From: Octopus sinensis
Lineage: Eukaryota
NCBI RefSeq assembly: GCF_006345805.1
Contig: NC_042998.1
Location: 93,868,001 to 93,932,000, forward strand
DNA: 64,000 bases
Reading direction: 5' to 3'
The position numbers and the translations under genes were made by a program. The notes below the pieces were generated by a model that had not been told where the DNA came from, searched no databases, and saw nothing but the letters and a program-made list of their open reading frames with translations. Every line of letters starts with the position of its first letter. The stretch's first letter is position 1. This document shows positions 1 to 12,034 of the stretch, piece after piece.

Positions 1-543
1 TGCAAATGATCTGCACAATGACAGATTAAAGGCTATCATAGATAGCTATAATCAATAGATATGACATGACATTTCTTGCAGCAAACATCATTATAAATGT
101 GTGCATAAATATGTGTGTGTGTGTGTGTGTAAACATATATCATTGTCATCATCATTTAATGTCCGTGTTCCATGCTAGCATGGGTGGGACGGTACCACAC
201 GAGCCGACCAAGTTGAAGCCTGCATCAGAATTCTGTGACTGTTATGGTTGGATTTTTAGAGCTGGATGCTTTTCCTAACTCCAACCACTCAGCGGAGTGG
301 ACTTAGTGCTTTTTATGTGGCACAAGAACAGGCGATGTGAGTGAGTGGTGCTTTTTATGTGGCACATAACACATACATACATATACACAAACATATATAT
401 GTGTACACACATATATACATATACATATGTATGTGTACATATTTATATATTTATATTTATATTTATATTTATATATGTATGTGTACATATTTATGTATGT
501 ATGTATGAGTACATATTCATATATGTATGTATGTGTACATATT

Positions 544-577
<34 letters not shown>

Positions 578-730
578 TACAAATGAGTGGGCAAATGAAA
601 GAAAAGAAGCACTCAACACATTTAGGAGAATTTGTATGTATTATTTAAAACAGTTTGATTCAGTTCCCATAAAGGCCCTCCATAACTTGAAGTAAGTAGC
701 ATGAAACCGAATCAAGCCATTTTAAATAAT

Positions 731-1507
731 ATATAAATATATACAGGTGCAGGAGTGACTGTGTGGTAAGTAGCTTGCTAACCAACCACATGGTTCCGGG
801 TTCAGTCCCCCTGTGTGGCATCTTGAGCAAGTGTCCTCTGCTATAGCCCCGGGCCGACCAATTCCTTGAGGGTGGATTTGGTAGACGGAAACTGAAAGAA
901 GCCTGTCGTATATATGTATATATATATATATATGTATGTGTGTTTGTTTGTGTGTCTGTGTTTGTCCCCCCAACATCGCTTGACAACCGATGCTGGTGTG
1001 TTTATGTCCCCGTTACTTAGCGGTTCAGCAAAAGAGACCGATAGAATAAGTACTAGGCTTACAAAAAGAATAAGTCCCGGGGTCGAGTTGCTCGATTAAA
1101 GGCGGTGCTCCAGCATGGCCGCAGTCAAATGACTGAAACAAGTAAAAGAGTAAAGAGAGTTGATGATAGTGATGATGATGATATATATACTGTTGTGTTT
1201 GGGGAAAGTCATTTTCTTTTTGTGCCTTATAATGTAAAACACTCACCGGTAAAATTTCCACTTATTTCTTATTTCTATTTTCCTGAAATTTTCGTTGCGT
1301 CTTGCAACCTTTTCAAAGGTCTTGACAGGTGCCAGTACAGCGATGCTGGTAACATTCACGCTATGATGGTGCCTTTTACGTGCCACCGGCATGGAAGTCA
1401 GTTAGCCGCTCTGTCAATGATCACACTTGTATGGCACTCTTTGCACCCCGCTAGAATGGATGCCAGTCATCGAATTTATATATACATATACAGGATGTAT
1501 GTGTGTG

Positions 1508-1561
<54 letters not shown>

Positions 1562-2329
1562 TATACAGGTGCAGGAGTGACTGTGTGGTAAGTAGCTTGC
1601 TAACCAACCACATGGTTCCGGGTTCAGTCCCCCTGTGTGGCATCTTGAGCAAGTGTCCTCTGCTATAGCCCCGGGCCGACCAATTCCTTGAGGGTGGATT
1701 TGGTAGACGGAAACTGAAAGAAGCCTGTCGTATATATGTATATATATATATATATGTATGTGTGTTTGTTTGTGTGTCTGTGTTTGTCCCCCCAACATCG
1801 CTTGACAACCGATGCTGGTGTGTTTATGTCCCCGTTACTTAGCGGTTCAGCAAAAGAGACCGATAGAATAAGTACTAGGCTTACAAAAAGAATAAGTCCC
1901 GGGGTCGAGTTGCTCGATTAAAGGCGGTGCTCCAGCATGGCCGCAGTCAAATGACTGAAACAAGTAAAAGAGTAAAGAGAGTTGATGATAGTGATGATGA
2001 TGATATATATACTGTTGTGTTTGGGGAAAGTCATTTTCTTTTTGTGCCTTATAATGTAAAACACTCACCGGTAAAATTTCCACTTATTTCTTATTTCTAT
2101 TTTCCTGAAATTTTCGTTGCGTCTTGCAACCTTTTCAAAGGTCTTGACAGGTGCCAGTACAGCGATGCTGGTAACATTCACGCTATGATGGTGCCTTTTA
2201 CGTGCCACCGGCATGGAAGTCAGTTAGCCGCTCTGTCAATGATCACACTTGTATGGCACTCTTTGCACCCCGCTAGAATGGATGCCAGTCATCGAATTTA
2301 TATATACATATACAGGATGTATGTGTGTG

Positions 2330-2375
<46 letters not shown>
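731..2375. repeat. Near-identical 822-bp tandem duplication (2 copies)
   Basis: Identical ORFs repeat at an offset of 822 (914/1736, 1025/1847, 1105/1927); junctions lie in (TA)n tracts. Confidence 0.95.
747..1160 (+). mobile_element. tRNA-derived SINE family 1 (head, internal microsatellite, tail A); duplicated copy at ~1569-1982
   Basis: A-box-like GTGACTGTGTGG, B-box-like GGTTCAGTCCC, internal (TA)/(TG)n, tail ending GACTGAAACAAGTAAAAGAG; more than 12 related copies in the window. Confidence 0.85.
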
Positions 2376-2383
<8 letters not shown>

Positions 2384-2409
2384 CATAGACCTGTATACAC
2401 ACACACATA

Positions 2410-2444
<35 letters not shown>

Positions 2445-2474
2445 ATGTGTGTATGTATGCATGTATGTATGTAA

Positions 2475-2865
2475 GAATGTTATGGTTGAGAAGGTGAATC
2501 ACAATGACCGTTTTGTGTGCACAGCTTGTGACAGACCATGCCTTTCTTTGCTGGGCTCAAATCTCATTTGCGAATCCATGGAAAACTTTCACCAACTTTT
2601 CTGCCTATATGTCTGTGCACACCTTTCAATGCAATGTATGCTAGAGGGTCTACAAACCTAACAGAAGCCTCAAAAGACATTTTAAGATCCACAAAGATCA
2701 GAACTTAACTGCAGCTCTTGGTGATCCAAATTGGATATGCAATCTGTGTGGGTGTCTTTTCAAAACATTGTCTGGTTTAAAAAGCCACATCAGATGCTAT
2801 GATGTTTCTAAGGTGGTACATACAGGAGGTGGTAAAACTCTGCATAAAGAGTAGGCAACCACCAT
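2475..2865 (+). mobile_element. Degenerate fragment encoding three C2H2 zinc fingers, probably an RTE-type LINE 3' end
   Basis: With frameshifts and a stop: FVCTACDRPCLS-AGLKSHLRIH, FQCNVC*RVYKPNRSLKRHFKIH, WICNLCGCLFKTLSGLKSHIRC; followed by a short 3' segment and (TATG)n. Confidence 0.6.
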
Positions 2866-2973
2866 GTATTTATGTATGTATATTCCATAATCTAAACTAT
2901 ATTCACAGCCACAATGACAACTTTCCACAGGGGAAAGATATACTTTTAATGTCTGTTATATCAACTATTTCAG

Positions 2974-3173
2974 CGAGAAATATGCTCTTCCAAGCATCAA
3001 TACTCAGTACCAACCTCCTCCAAGATACCCAATAGAAATTACTCAATTAAACTGCCAGGGAACTGAATCTAAAATCACTGATTGTCCATTTACTGCCAAT
3101 AACAATGCAAATTGTTCACTATCTGAAGCATCAGCTGTTTCCTGTATTCAACAACCCAACATTGTTCCTGAAG
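2974..3173 (+). CDS. SRCR-ZP gene exon: C-terminal half of SRCR domain
   Basis: tttcag| acceptor; EKYALPSINTQYQPPPRYPIEITQLNCQGTESKITDCPFTANNNANCSLSEASAVSCIQQPNIVPE matches SRCR pattern LxCxGxExxIxDC...C...ExAxVxC; donor G|gtaagc. Absent from the ORF track. Confidence 0.85.
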
Positions 3174-5508
3174 GTAAGCTTGGATTATTTTAATAAATTA
3201 AGGTGACAAGCTGGAAAAATTGTTAGTGCACTAGACAAAATGCTTAACGGTATTTCATCTGTTTTTATGTTCTGAGTTCAAATTATGCTGAGTTCAATTT
3301 GCCTTTCATCCTTTTGGGTTCAATAAAATACCACTTGTACACTGAGGTTGATGTTATCGACTCCCACTTTTCCTTAAAATTTGCTAACCCAGTGCCAAAA
3401 TTTGAAAACTTTATTTTACTAAATTTCCAATTTTTAAAGGTGCATGGCCTAGTGCTTGGGGTATTTGGGTTATGTTCATAAGAGGCAGGTTCAATTCCTG
3501 AATCAGGTGGCACTTGAACAAGGCACTTTGTTTCCTATTGCTTTAGTCTACACAGTTGTAATGTACCTGGATGTTGATGCTGCCCAACATCCCTCTCTAG
3601 CTGTCAAACCCTCACTTTTTCTAAGGAAGTTAATATCTCCCTATGGCTGAACATATTTACATACTGGAAACAAAAGATTCTGCTTATATGAGGGTCACAG
3701 TCACAATTACTGCATGATGTCAAAACAAGGTGACACAAACATGCAATTACAAATACATACACACACACATTCATATACATACATGTGTATATGTGTGTGT
3801 GTGTGTATATATGTGCACACACACAAACACAGCCCCCCCCCTCACACACAAACACACTTATAAATATATCTGACAGGTTTCTTTCAGTTTCCATTGATCA
3901 AATCCATTCATAAGTCTTTGGTTGAACTGGGTCCACATTAGACAGCACTTGCTCATGGTGCCATGCAGTAGGAATACTTTATTATGGTTGTTTCAGTGAC
4001 ATCATTTTCTTAAGTACAGAAGAAAGAATGATGTATAATTAAATTAATACAAGAAAATATTTACCCAGTCTCACATCATTAAACATCGACTATATTCTTT
4101 GATATATATTACAATTAATGTCAATAAAGTATTGTACAGGTAATTTACTTTTCCCATTTTATCTGTAGGGACCATGAGGTAGACTGGCAAGCCTTTTTAG
4201 ATATTACTTTTTAGATATATACTAGCAGTATCGCCCGGCGTTGCTCGGGTTTGTAAGGGAAATAACTATATAAGCATTTTTAGAGATTTATAGCCAAAAA
4301 ATAGCAAAAAATGCATTAAAAATGGAAAAAAAATTAAGGTAAATTTTTTCTTAAATCGTTGACACATCGTAGATATTTTTAGAGAGTTACTTCCCTTATA
4401 TAATAGCGAAAAAAATGCATTAAAATGGAAAAATATAATGGTAAATTTTTTTTTAATCGTAGACTCATCGTAGACGCGCGCTAATACCCAGAAGGGCTCG
4501 ATATGAATCACGACTATAAGATACCCGGTTTTGGTTAAACTACACCGCAAAATGTGGGAGTAGTTAGGAATCTAAATCGTAGGAGACAGACACACAACTT
4601 CACTTTTATATATAAAGATATAAGCCACGTAGTTATATACACATACTTTGTTATATACACATTCTTAAAAGAAAATGTTATTTTGAACACAACATTTATA
4701 ATGAATAAAATATTTTTTGGTTTTTCTTTTAAACGGATGCATACATTTATTAATAACTATATATAAGTGCCGTCTGTTTATACATAAACACTGTTTCATA
4801 CTGCAATTATATATACATATATCTATATATAATATTATATAATAAAATATATACAGAATATGTGTATATATTTATGTATGTATAAATATATACTGAAAGA
4901 AGCTCGGCTCGCCAATTAATACTACCAAAATTTAACGACAGAAAGTAAATTAAAAACCAATTTACCTTTTCTGTATTGTTATAGCAATTCGACCGTCCGT
5001 GTGTCTTTGCAAATGTGTTGGAATGAGAAGTGAGTTGTGTTTGGCGCCTTTTTTACTAATAACAAACACACACGTGTTTGTATGTAGTTGTTTGAAACGT
5101 TTGTGTTTGTCACTGTCATATATGTATGTGTATGCGTGTGTGTGAGGAATGACCCACACACACACTCACGCAGGCACACATGTACATCAATGCTTTCGGA
5201 GTGAAATGTTAAAATATTGAGTTTTCTCGAATTTTGTCTTAATTGGGGGTAAAATTGAAAGAAATTTTGTATGGCATGACCCAATGAAAGTACTTTGAAA
5301 AATCATGGGTAAACTCTAATTGAAGAAATTGTGTGAGGAGTAAATCGTTATGTATTTATTTGTTTCTGTTTGCTGTGTTTTTTTTTTAGTAGTGGTTTAA
5401 GGTACACTTCTCTCGTTTTATAGAAATAGTTTCACTTTAATCGTTGCACACTTGCAAAGAGAAAGGAGTAAAAATTAGAGTGATAGCGTGAGTGAAGCAG
5501 ATCGCTCC

Positions 5509-5540
<32 letters not shown>

Positions 5541-7703
5541 TGTGCTATAGCCCACACTAAGAAAAGCACTTGACTTACACACCACAATGTGAGTTTTCTC
5601 TAAATTTTGCTTAATTGGGGTTGAAATTTTAAAAACTGGACCTGGCACGACCCGATTTATTCTACTCTTAAAAATGCTAGGTAAATTGTAATTGAAGAAA
5701 TCCTATATTGTAGATTTCTATAAGAGACAAAGGGAGGCAGATAAAATCTGCCTTTTATAATAAGACTAGCAGAATTGCCCGGCGTTGCTCGGGGCTGAAT
5801 TGCTTGAAAGTACTGTTAATGATTGCACTGAATTATGATGATTATTCAGGCAAATATTGATATAAGTTTACGGTGGGAGATAAGGACTTAACGATCAAAC
5901 GTGTGCCATTGCATTGTTTTGGGGGAACCAAATTTCTGATGAGCATTATAGGGGCACCAACTTTAAGTTTGAGAAAGTGTGGTGGTAGTCCGGGGTGCTC
6001 AAAGGAATTGAGTACCTCTATTGGATAGTTGATGACGTCCTCTGGGTCAGGAGTTGTATCGATAGACTGATATACATAGACTTCCCCAGGAATGAGTTTT
6101 AGCATTTCATCATTAATATGGTGAACAGTTTTATTCCTCGGGGCCAGTATAGCCTTTTTGCCAATCCAATCCATATTCTGATAATTAGCTTGTAGATCTG
6201 GGAACACTGCATCTCTGAGATCAGAAGGCGTCTTAACAATGTTACAAATGGAATCGATGGCAATATTACCATTTTCATCCCCTGGTATTTTGCCTTCGCC
6301 AAGTGCAAGGAGGGTGTGAGGAAATGCTGCTGATGTGATATTACGTCGCATATGAGCACGCATATTGGTGTGAAGTTTGAGAGTTACTTCCCTTTATTAA
6401 AAAAATATGCATTAAAATGGAAAAAAATGATGGTAAATTATTTGTAAAATCATAGACTCATCGTAGACGCGCGCTAATACCCAGAAGGGCTCGAAATGAA
6501 TCACGACTATAAGATACCCGGTTTTGGTTAAACTGCATCGCAAAATGTGGGAGTAGTTAGGAATCTAAATCGGAGTAGACAGACACACAACCTTTCTTTT
6601 ATATATAAACTAGCAGTATCGCCCGGCGTTGCTCGGGTTTGTTTCGACCCGCTGGAATTGTAATTTTGAAAAGTAAAAATTTTGTGAACATTTTTCTGGT
6701 CGAAATACACCGAAAAGTGGCGACACAGCAGTGAAAAATTCGTAAAAAATAGGGATTTTCATAGAAAAAAGCATCTTTTTGATGTAAATAATTTTTGGTG
6801 TTAACATGGTCCGATTTGAATTTTATGTTCTACGGAAGGAAGAGCAACCCTTCTTCTACCATACTCTCAATTTTGGTCAACTTGCGCCGCAGGGTCTCGG
6901 AGGAGATAGTGTTAGTTGAAGGTTACCATTCTAGGTGCCTGAGTAACAACCTCGCGGATTTACAGATAAATGAATTAATTACTATTTTACAGAATAAAAT
7001 TAAATAGTTCTTGAAAATTAATTAATATTAATATTTTTTGAACAAAGTAAATAATTTTTAAAACTTAAATAATAATTTTTTTTACACAAACGCGAACTGG
7101 GAAAAGGGGGTGGCGAATTCGATTTACATACCTAAATTTTTTTCTTTTTCATAACATTGTAGCAAAATAGTAGTGAATTATATAAATACCAGCAGTACAT
7201 TTTTTTTTCTGGGGTATTTTTTTTCAACCTCGTCACATATTTGCCCCTTTCAATTTAAACAAAGTCTTAATTAAGCAATTACGGCAGCTTAGCAATGGTT
7301 TCAATACAGGCGTGACATCTGTATCTCAATTGTTCAAAACCCTTCGAATTTTTTCGCACGTGATAATATCATAGTGAAAACTTTCAATTACGCGCGCTTA
7401 GAAGTACGCTCGCAAATTAATACTACCAAAATTTTGAAGTTCGCGCTCCGCTTGTGTGTGTGTGTGTGTGCGTGCTTTAGGTGTACGTAGGTATGTGTTT
7501 TTGTGTGTGTGTGTGTGTCACTGAAGCCATACATACATATATACATACATAACCTCTCTCTCTCTTTTCTCTCTCAGTCACTCACTACAAAAAGTGAATA
7601 AAAAAAGTTCAGTTATTTCTGTCTTTCACTCTGTCTGTCTCTTTACACACACTAACAAAAGCACTTCACTTACACACCACACTTTCTGTGTCGCACAACC
7701 CAT

Positions 7704-7760
<57 letters not shown>

Positions 7761-10700
7761 GCACGCACACATGTACATCAATGCTTTTGGAGTGAAATGT
7801 TAAAATATTGAGTTTTCTCGAATTTTGTCTTAATTGGGGGTGAAATTGAAAGAAATATATTATGGCATGACCGAATGGAGTACTTTCAAAAATCTTAGGT
7901 AAACTCTAATTGAAGAAATTGTGTGAGGAGTAAATCGTTATGTATTTATTTGTTTCTGTTTGCTGTGTTTTTTTATTTTTTGAGTAGTGGTTTAAATACT
8001 TTCAGTTTAGTCTTCCTCAAATCACTCTGTCGCTATTTACTTTCATTTTATTCGTTGCACACTGTGTGTGTGCGTGTGCGTGTGGTGTAAACCACATTAA
8101 GAAAAGCATTTGACATACACACCAGAATGTGAGTTTTCTGTAAATTTTGCTTAATTGGAGTTTAAATTTTAAAAACTGGACCTGGCATGACCCGATGCAT
8201 TCTACTCTTAAAAATGCTAGGTAAATTGTAATTGAAAAAATCCTATATTGTAGATTTCTATAAGTTACAAAGGGAGGCAGATAAAATCTGCCTTTTATAA
8301 TAAGAGATATTTTCGTCCTAAAAAACTTTGTATGGATTGAATGGTTACCTCTATGGAAATATATACATGCACATTATACATACATGTGTGTATAGATGAA
8401 TATATAAATACATTTAAATATCTATATACACTTTTGGGCGATCTTTCTGTTTCTTAGAGATAACTTTATCCCGTCCGATTCGATCCAAAATTTACAGGGA
8501 CATGTAGAATGAGGTGACGATGCTCGTGGGCTACTTTAGAAATCCCTATCTTAAAAGGTGTGGTTGCTAGGGGCCATCTTCCTCACTCACCCTATTTCCT
8601 CCAGTACCCTTTCACTCTTCATTTGACAAGCCACTACGGTTATTTAATGTAAAGTCTTCCTCAAATCACTCTCTCGCTATTTACTCTCTTCCAAGAACAT
8701 TTTCACTCACTCTTATCTCTTAGCTTCCCATACATTTTACTCATGTATCTATCAGCGTCATAGACAGAAACAAATATTACATCGCCATCGCCATCACATT
8801 CTATTGTCTACCTGTCAACACACACACAGTGAATTACTTTCACTTTATTCGTTGCACACTGTGTGTGTGCGTGTGCTGTAGACCACACTAAGAGAAACAT
8901 TTGACTCATACACCACAATGTGAGTTTTCTCTAAATTTTGCTTAATTGGGGTTGAAATTTTAAAAAGTGGACCTGGCAAAACCCGATGCATTCTACTCTT
9001 AAAAATGCTAGGTAAATTGTAATTGAAGAAATCCTATATTGTAGATTTCTATAAGAGACAAAGGGAGGCAGATAAAATCTGCCTTTTATAATAAGAGATT
9101 TAATGAAACTTTAGTAGGGAATGGTGATGTGGCTATGGTACTGGTAATATTATAATCTTCTGGTTTGAAATGAGTCATGATTAAGACCACCAAGAAATAC
9201 AAAGACACAGGTTAAAATTGGTGGCCATGTTTATTTCTCCACTAATAGATGATACAGTCTACTGGTACAACATGAATAATATTGTTAGCAAAAATACAAT
9301 GGTCCCTTATGCAGTTTGTACATGATGATGTGCACAGGAAAAGAACAAAACAATGAGTCTAAAAAATCTCTGCAGACAATTCTCTCTGCAAAATTGCATA
9401 GAGGAATTTCTTTATTTATAGCAGTAGGGTGACTCAAAACACACCATACTTTTCTGGTCTGGCAAATGGTCTGATTGGATAACTTAACCCTTTAGTGTTC
9501 ACATTATTCTACCAAAATTAATGCTTTTTCATCCACATTGCCTTGAACTAATCAGGCATTATCTTGTAGCTTTGAGATTTTGATGAGGTAGCTGTTAATT
9601 TTTAAAATGATATTGTAGGGTTGGTGTGAGAGACCATATAAGGCTAGTTTGAACATAAAACAGGCAGAATACTTTTGGCCGGATATGGCCGGTTTAAATG
9701 CTAAAGAGTTAAAGCTTTCAATCAGCACAGATGGGTTTGGTCATATGGCCACTTGCAGAAAACCAGCACAGGAGCCAATATGGACCTGTTTAAGCTTAAA
9801 CAAACTGTGAACATATACTTATTACAAAACTATTGAATTTTTATGTAATCGTTAACTATTTTGAATAAAGCAGATTTACAGTCAAGAAAAAAAAACAAAA
9901 GGTATATTCTTTTATGCCTTTATTCCTTTCAGTCATTTGACTGTGGCCATGCTGGAGCACTGCCTTTAGTCAAGCAAATTGACCCCAGAACTTATTCTTT
10001 GTAAGCCTAGTACTTATTCTATCAGTCTCTTTTGCCAAACCACTAAGTTACAGGGATGTAAACACACCAGTATCAGATGTCAAGCGATGTTGGGGGGATA
10101 AACACAGACACACACACACACATATATATATATACATATGTATATATATATATATATATATATACACTGGGCTTCTTTCAGTTTCCGTCTACCAAATCCA
10201 CTCACAAGGCTTTGGTCAGCCCGAGGCTATAGTAGAAGTCACTTCCCCAAGGTTCCACGTAGTGGAACTGAACCTGGAAATAATGTCACTATCAGTGTTT
10301 GCTGTTTATTCTTTTATTCTTCTACTTGTTTCAGTCATTTGACTGTGGCCATGCTGGAGCACTACCTTAAAGGTATTTAGTTGAAGAAATCAATCCCAGG
10401 ACTTATTCTTTGTAAGCCTAGTACTTATTCTATCAGTTTCTTTTGCCGGACTGCTAAGTTACAGGGACATAAACACATCAACATCAGTTGCCAAGCAATG
10501 GTTGGTGGGGGAGGGGAAAACTCACACACACACACACACATAAAATATATATATATATATATGACAGGCTTCTTTCAGCTTCTGTCTACCAAATCCACTT
10601 ACAGGTGCCACACAGATGGACTGAACATGGAACTATGTGGTTGAAAAGCATGTTTCTTACCTCACAGCCATGCTTGTGTCTATTTAGCTTATATTTCATT

Positions 10701-11941
10701 TGTAAAACAATAAAAACCAACTTCCTAGTGTTGTAAAGTGTTGGATTTATTGACAAACATATCTAAAGTTTTACTATAATATTCAGAACCTGAAAGTGTG
10801 TAAATTTTAGGTGCTGGTTAAAAACGATCCTCTTTTCATCTAAGAAGCTATATTGAAACCAAAACACTTATATCACTGAAGATCTCTTTTAGAAATACAC
10901 TTTAACATTTATTTCTTGAGATGTCAAAATTTTCAGCACACAACTGTGACCTGATTATTGACATTAGATCTGTATCAGCAACCAGGTCATAGATGTATGG
11001 AAAAAATTTTGACATTTCAAGAATGATGGTACCATGTAAAAAGCACTGGTTGTGGTGCTACATAAAAGAAGCACTAGTGGTGGTGTTACATAAAAAGCAC
11101 CCAGTACACTCTGTAAAGTGGTTGGCATTAGGAAGTGCATCCAGCTGTAGAAACCAGGCCAAAACAAACTATAGACCTGGTGTGGGCCCTGACCTTCCCA
11201 GTTCCTGTTAAGCCATCCAACCCATACTAGTATGGAAAATGGGCGTTAAATGATGATGATGATGAAAAAATAAATAGAGAATAAGTTTAAAAATAAACGT
11301 TCAATCACAGCAATAGCAATGACTCCTTTGATATATTTCTAATTTTCCATAAGAACAGGCATGACTTTGTGGTTAAAAGCTTGCTTTGTAACCATATGGC
11401 TTTGGGTTTAGTCCCACTGCATGGTACCGTGGACAAGTATCTTCTACTATAGCCCCAGGTCAACCAGTGCCTTGTGAATGAATTTGGTAGATGGAAACTG
11501 TGATGAAACCCCTCCCATATATGTGCACGCGTATGCACATGTGTGTGTGTTGTGTTTGTTCCCCACAACTGCTTGACAACCAATGCTGGTTTGTTTACAT
11601 CCTGGTAGCTTGGCAGTTTAGCAAAATAGAATGATAGTGTATGCACTAGACTTCAAAAATAAGTACTGGGGATGAGTTGTGCAACTAAACCCTTCAAAGT
11701 GGTGCCCCAGGATGGCCACTTTTCAATGATTGAAACAAGTAAATAATAAAAGCTACTCTGCTTGAATTTGAATACAGGAGTGGCTGTGTGGTAAATAGCT
11801 TGCTTACCAACCACATGGTTCTGGGTTCAGTCCCACTGCATGGAACCTTGGGCAAGTGTCTTCTACTATAGCCTTGGGCCGACCAAAGCCTTGTGAGTGG
11901 ATTTGGTAGACGGAAACTGAGAGAAGCCCATTGTATATATG

Positions 11942-12034
<93 letters not shown>

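Larger units (their letters stand above)
4222..9098 (-). mobile_element. Composite / concatemeric Helitron array
   Basis: Three 3' ends (hairpin CCCGAGCAACGCCGGG then CTAG) at 4222, 5766 and 6610; five 5'-end copies at 4618, 5765, 6609, 8307 and 9098; outer flanks are A|T with no TSD. Confidence 0.88.

Noticed and set aside
66-2661. Many ORFs rich in Y/I/C/V/H/T
   Set aside because: They are translations of (TA)n, (TG)n and (TATG)n microsatellites and SINE sequence; the same applies to most 60-120 aa ORFs in the track.
5842-6363. Host PIF1 helicase gene
   Set aside because: Intronless fragment truncated at both ends and enclosed by Helitron termini.
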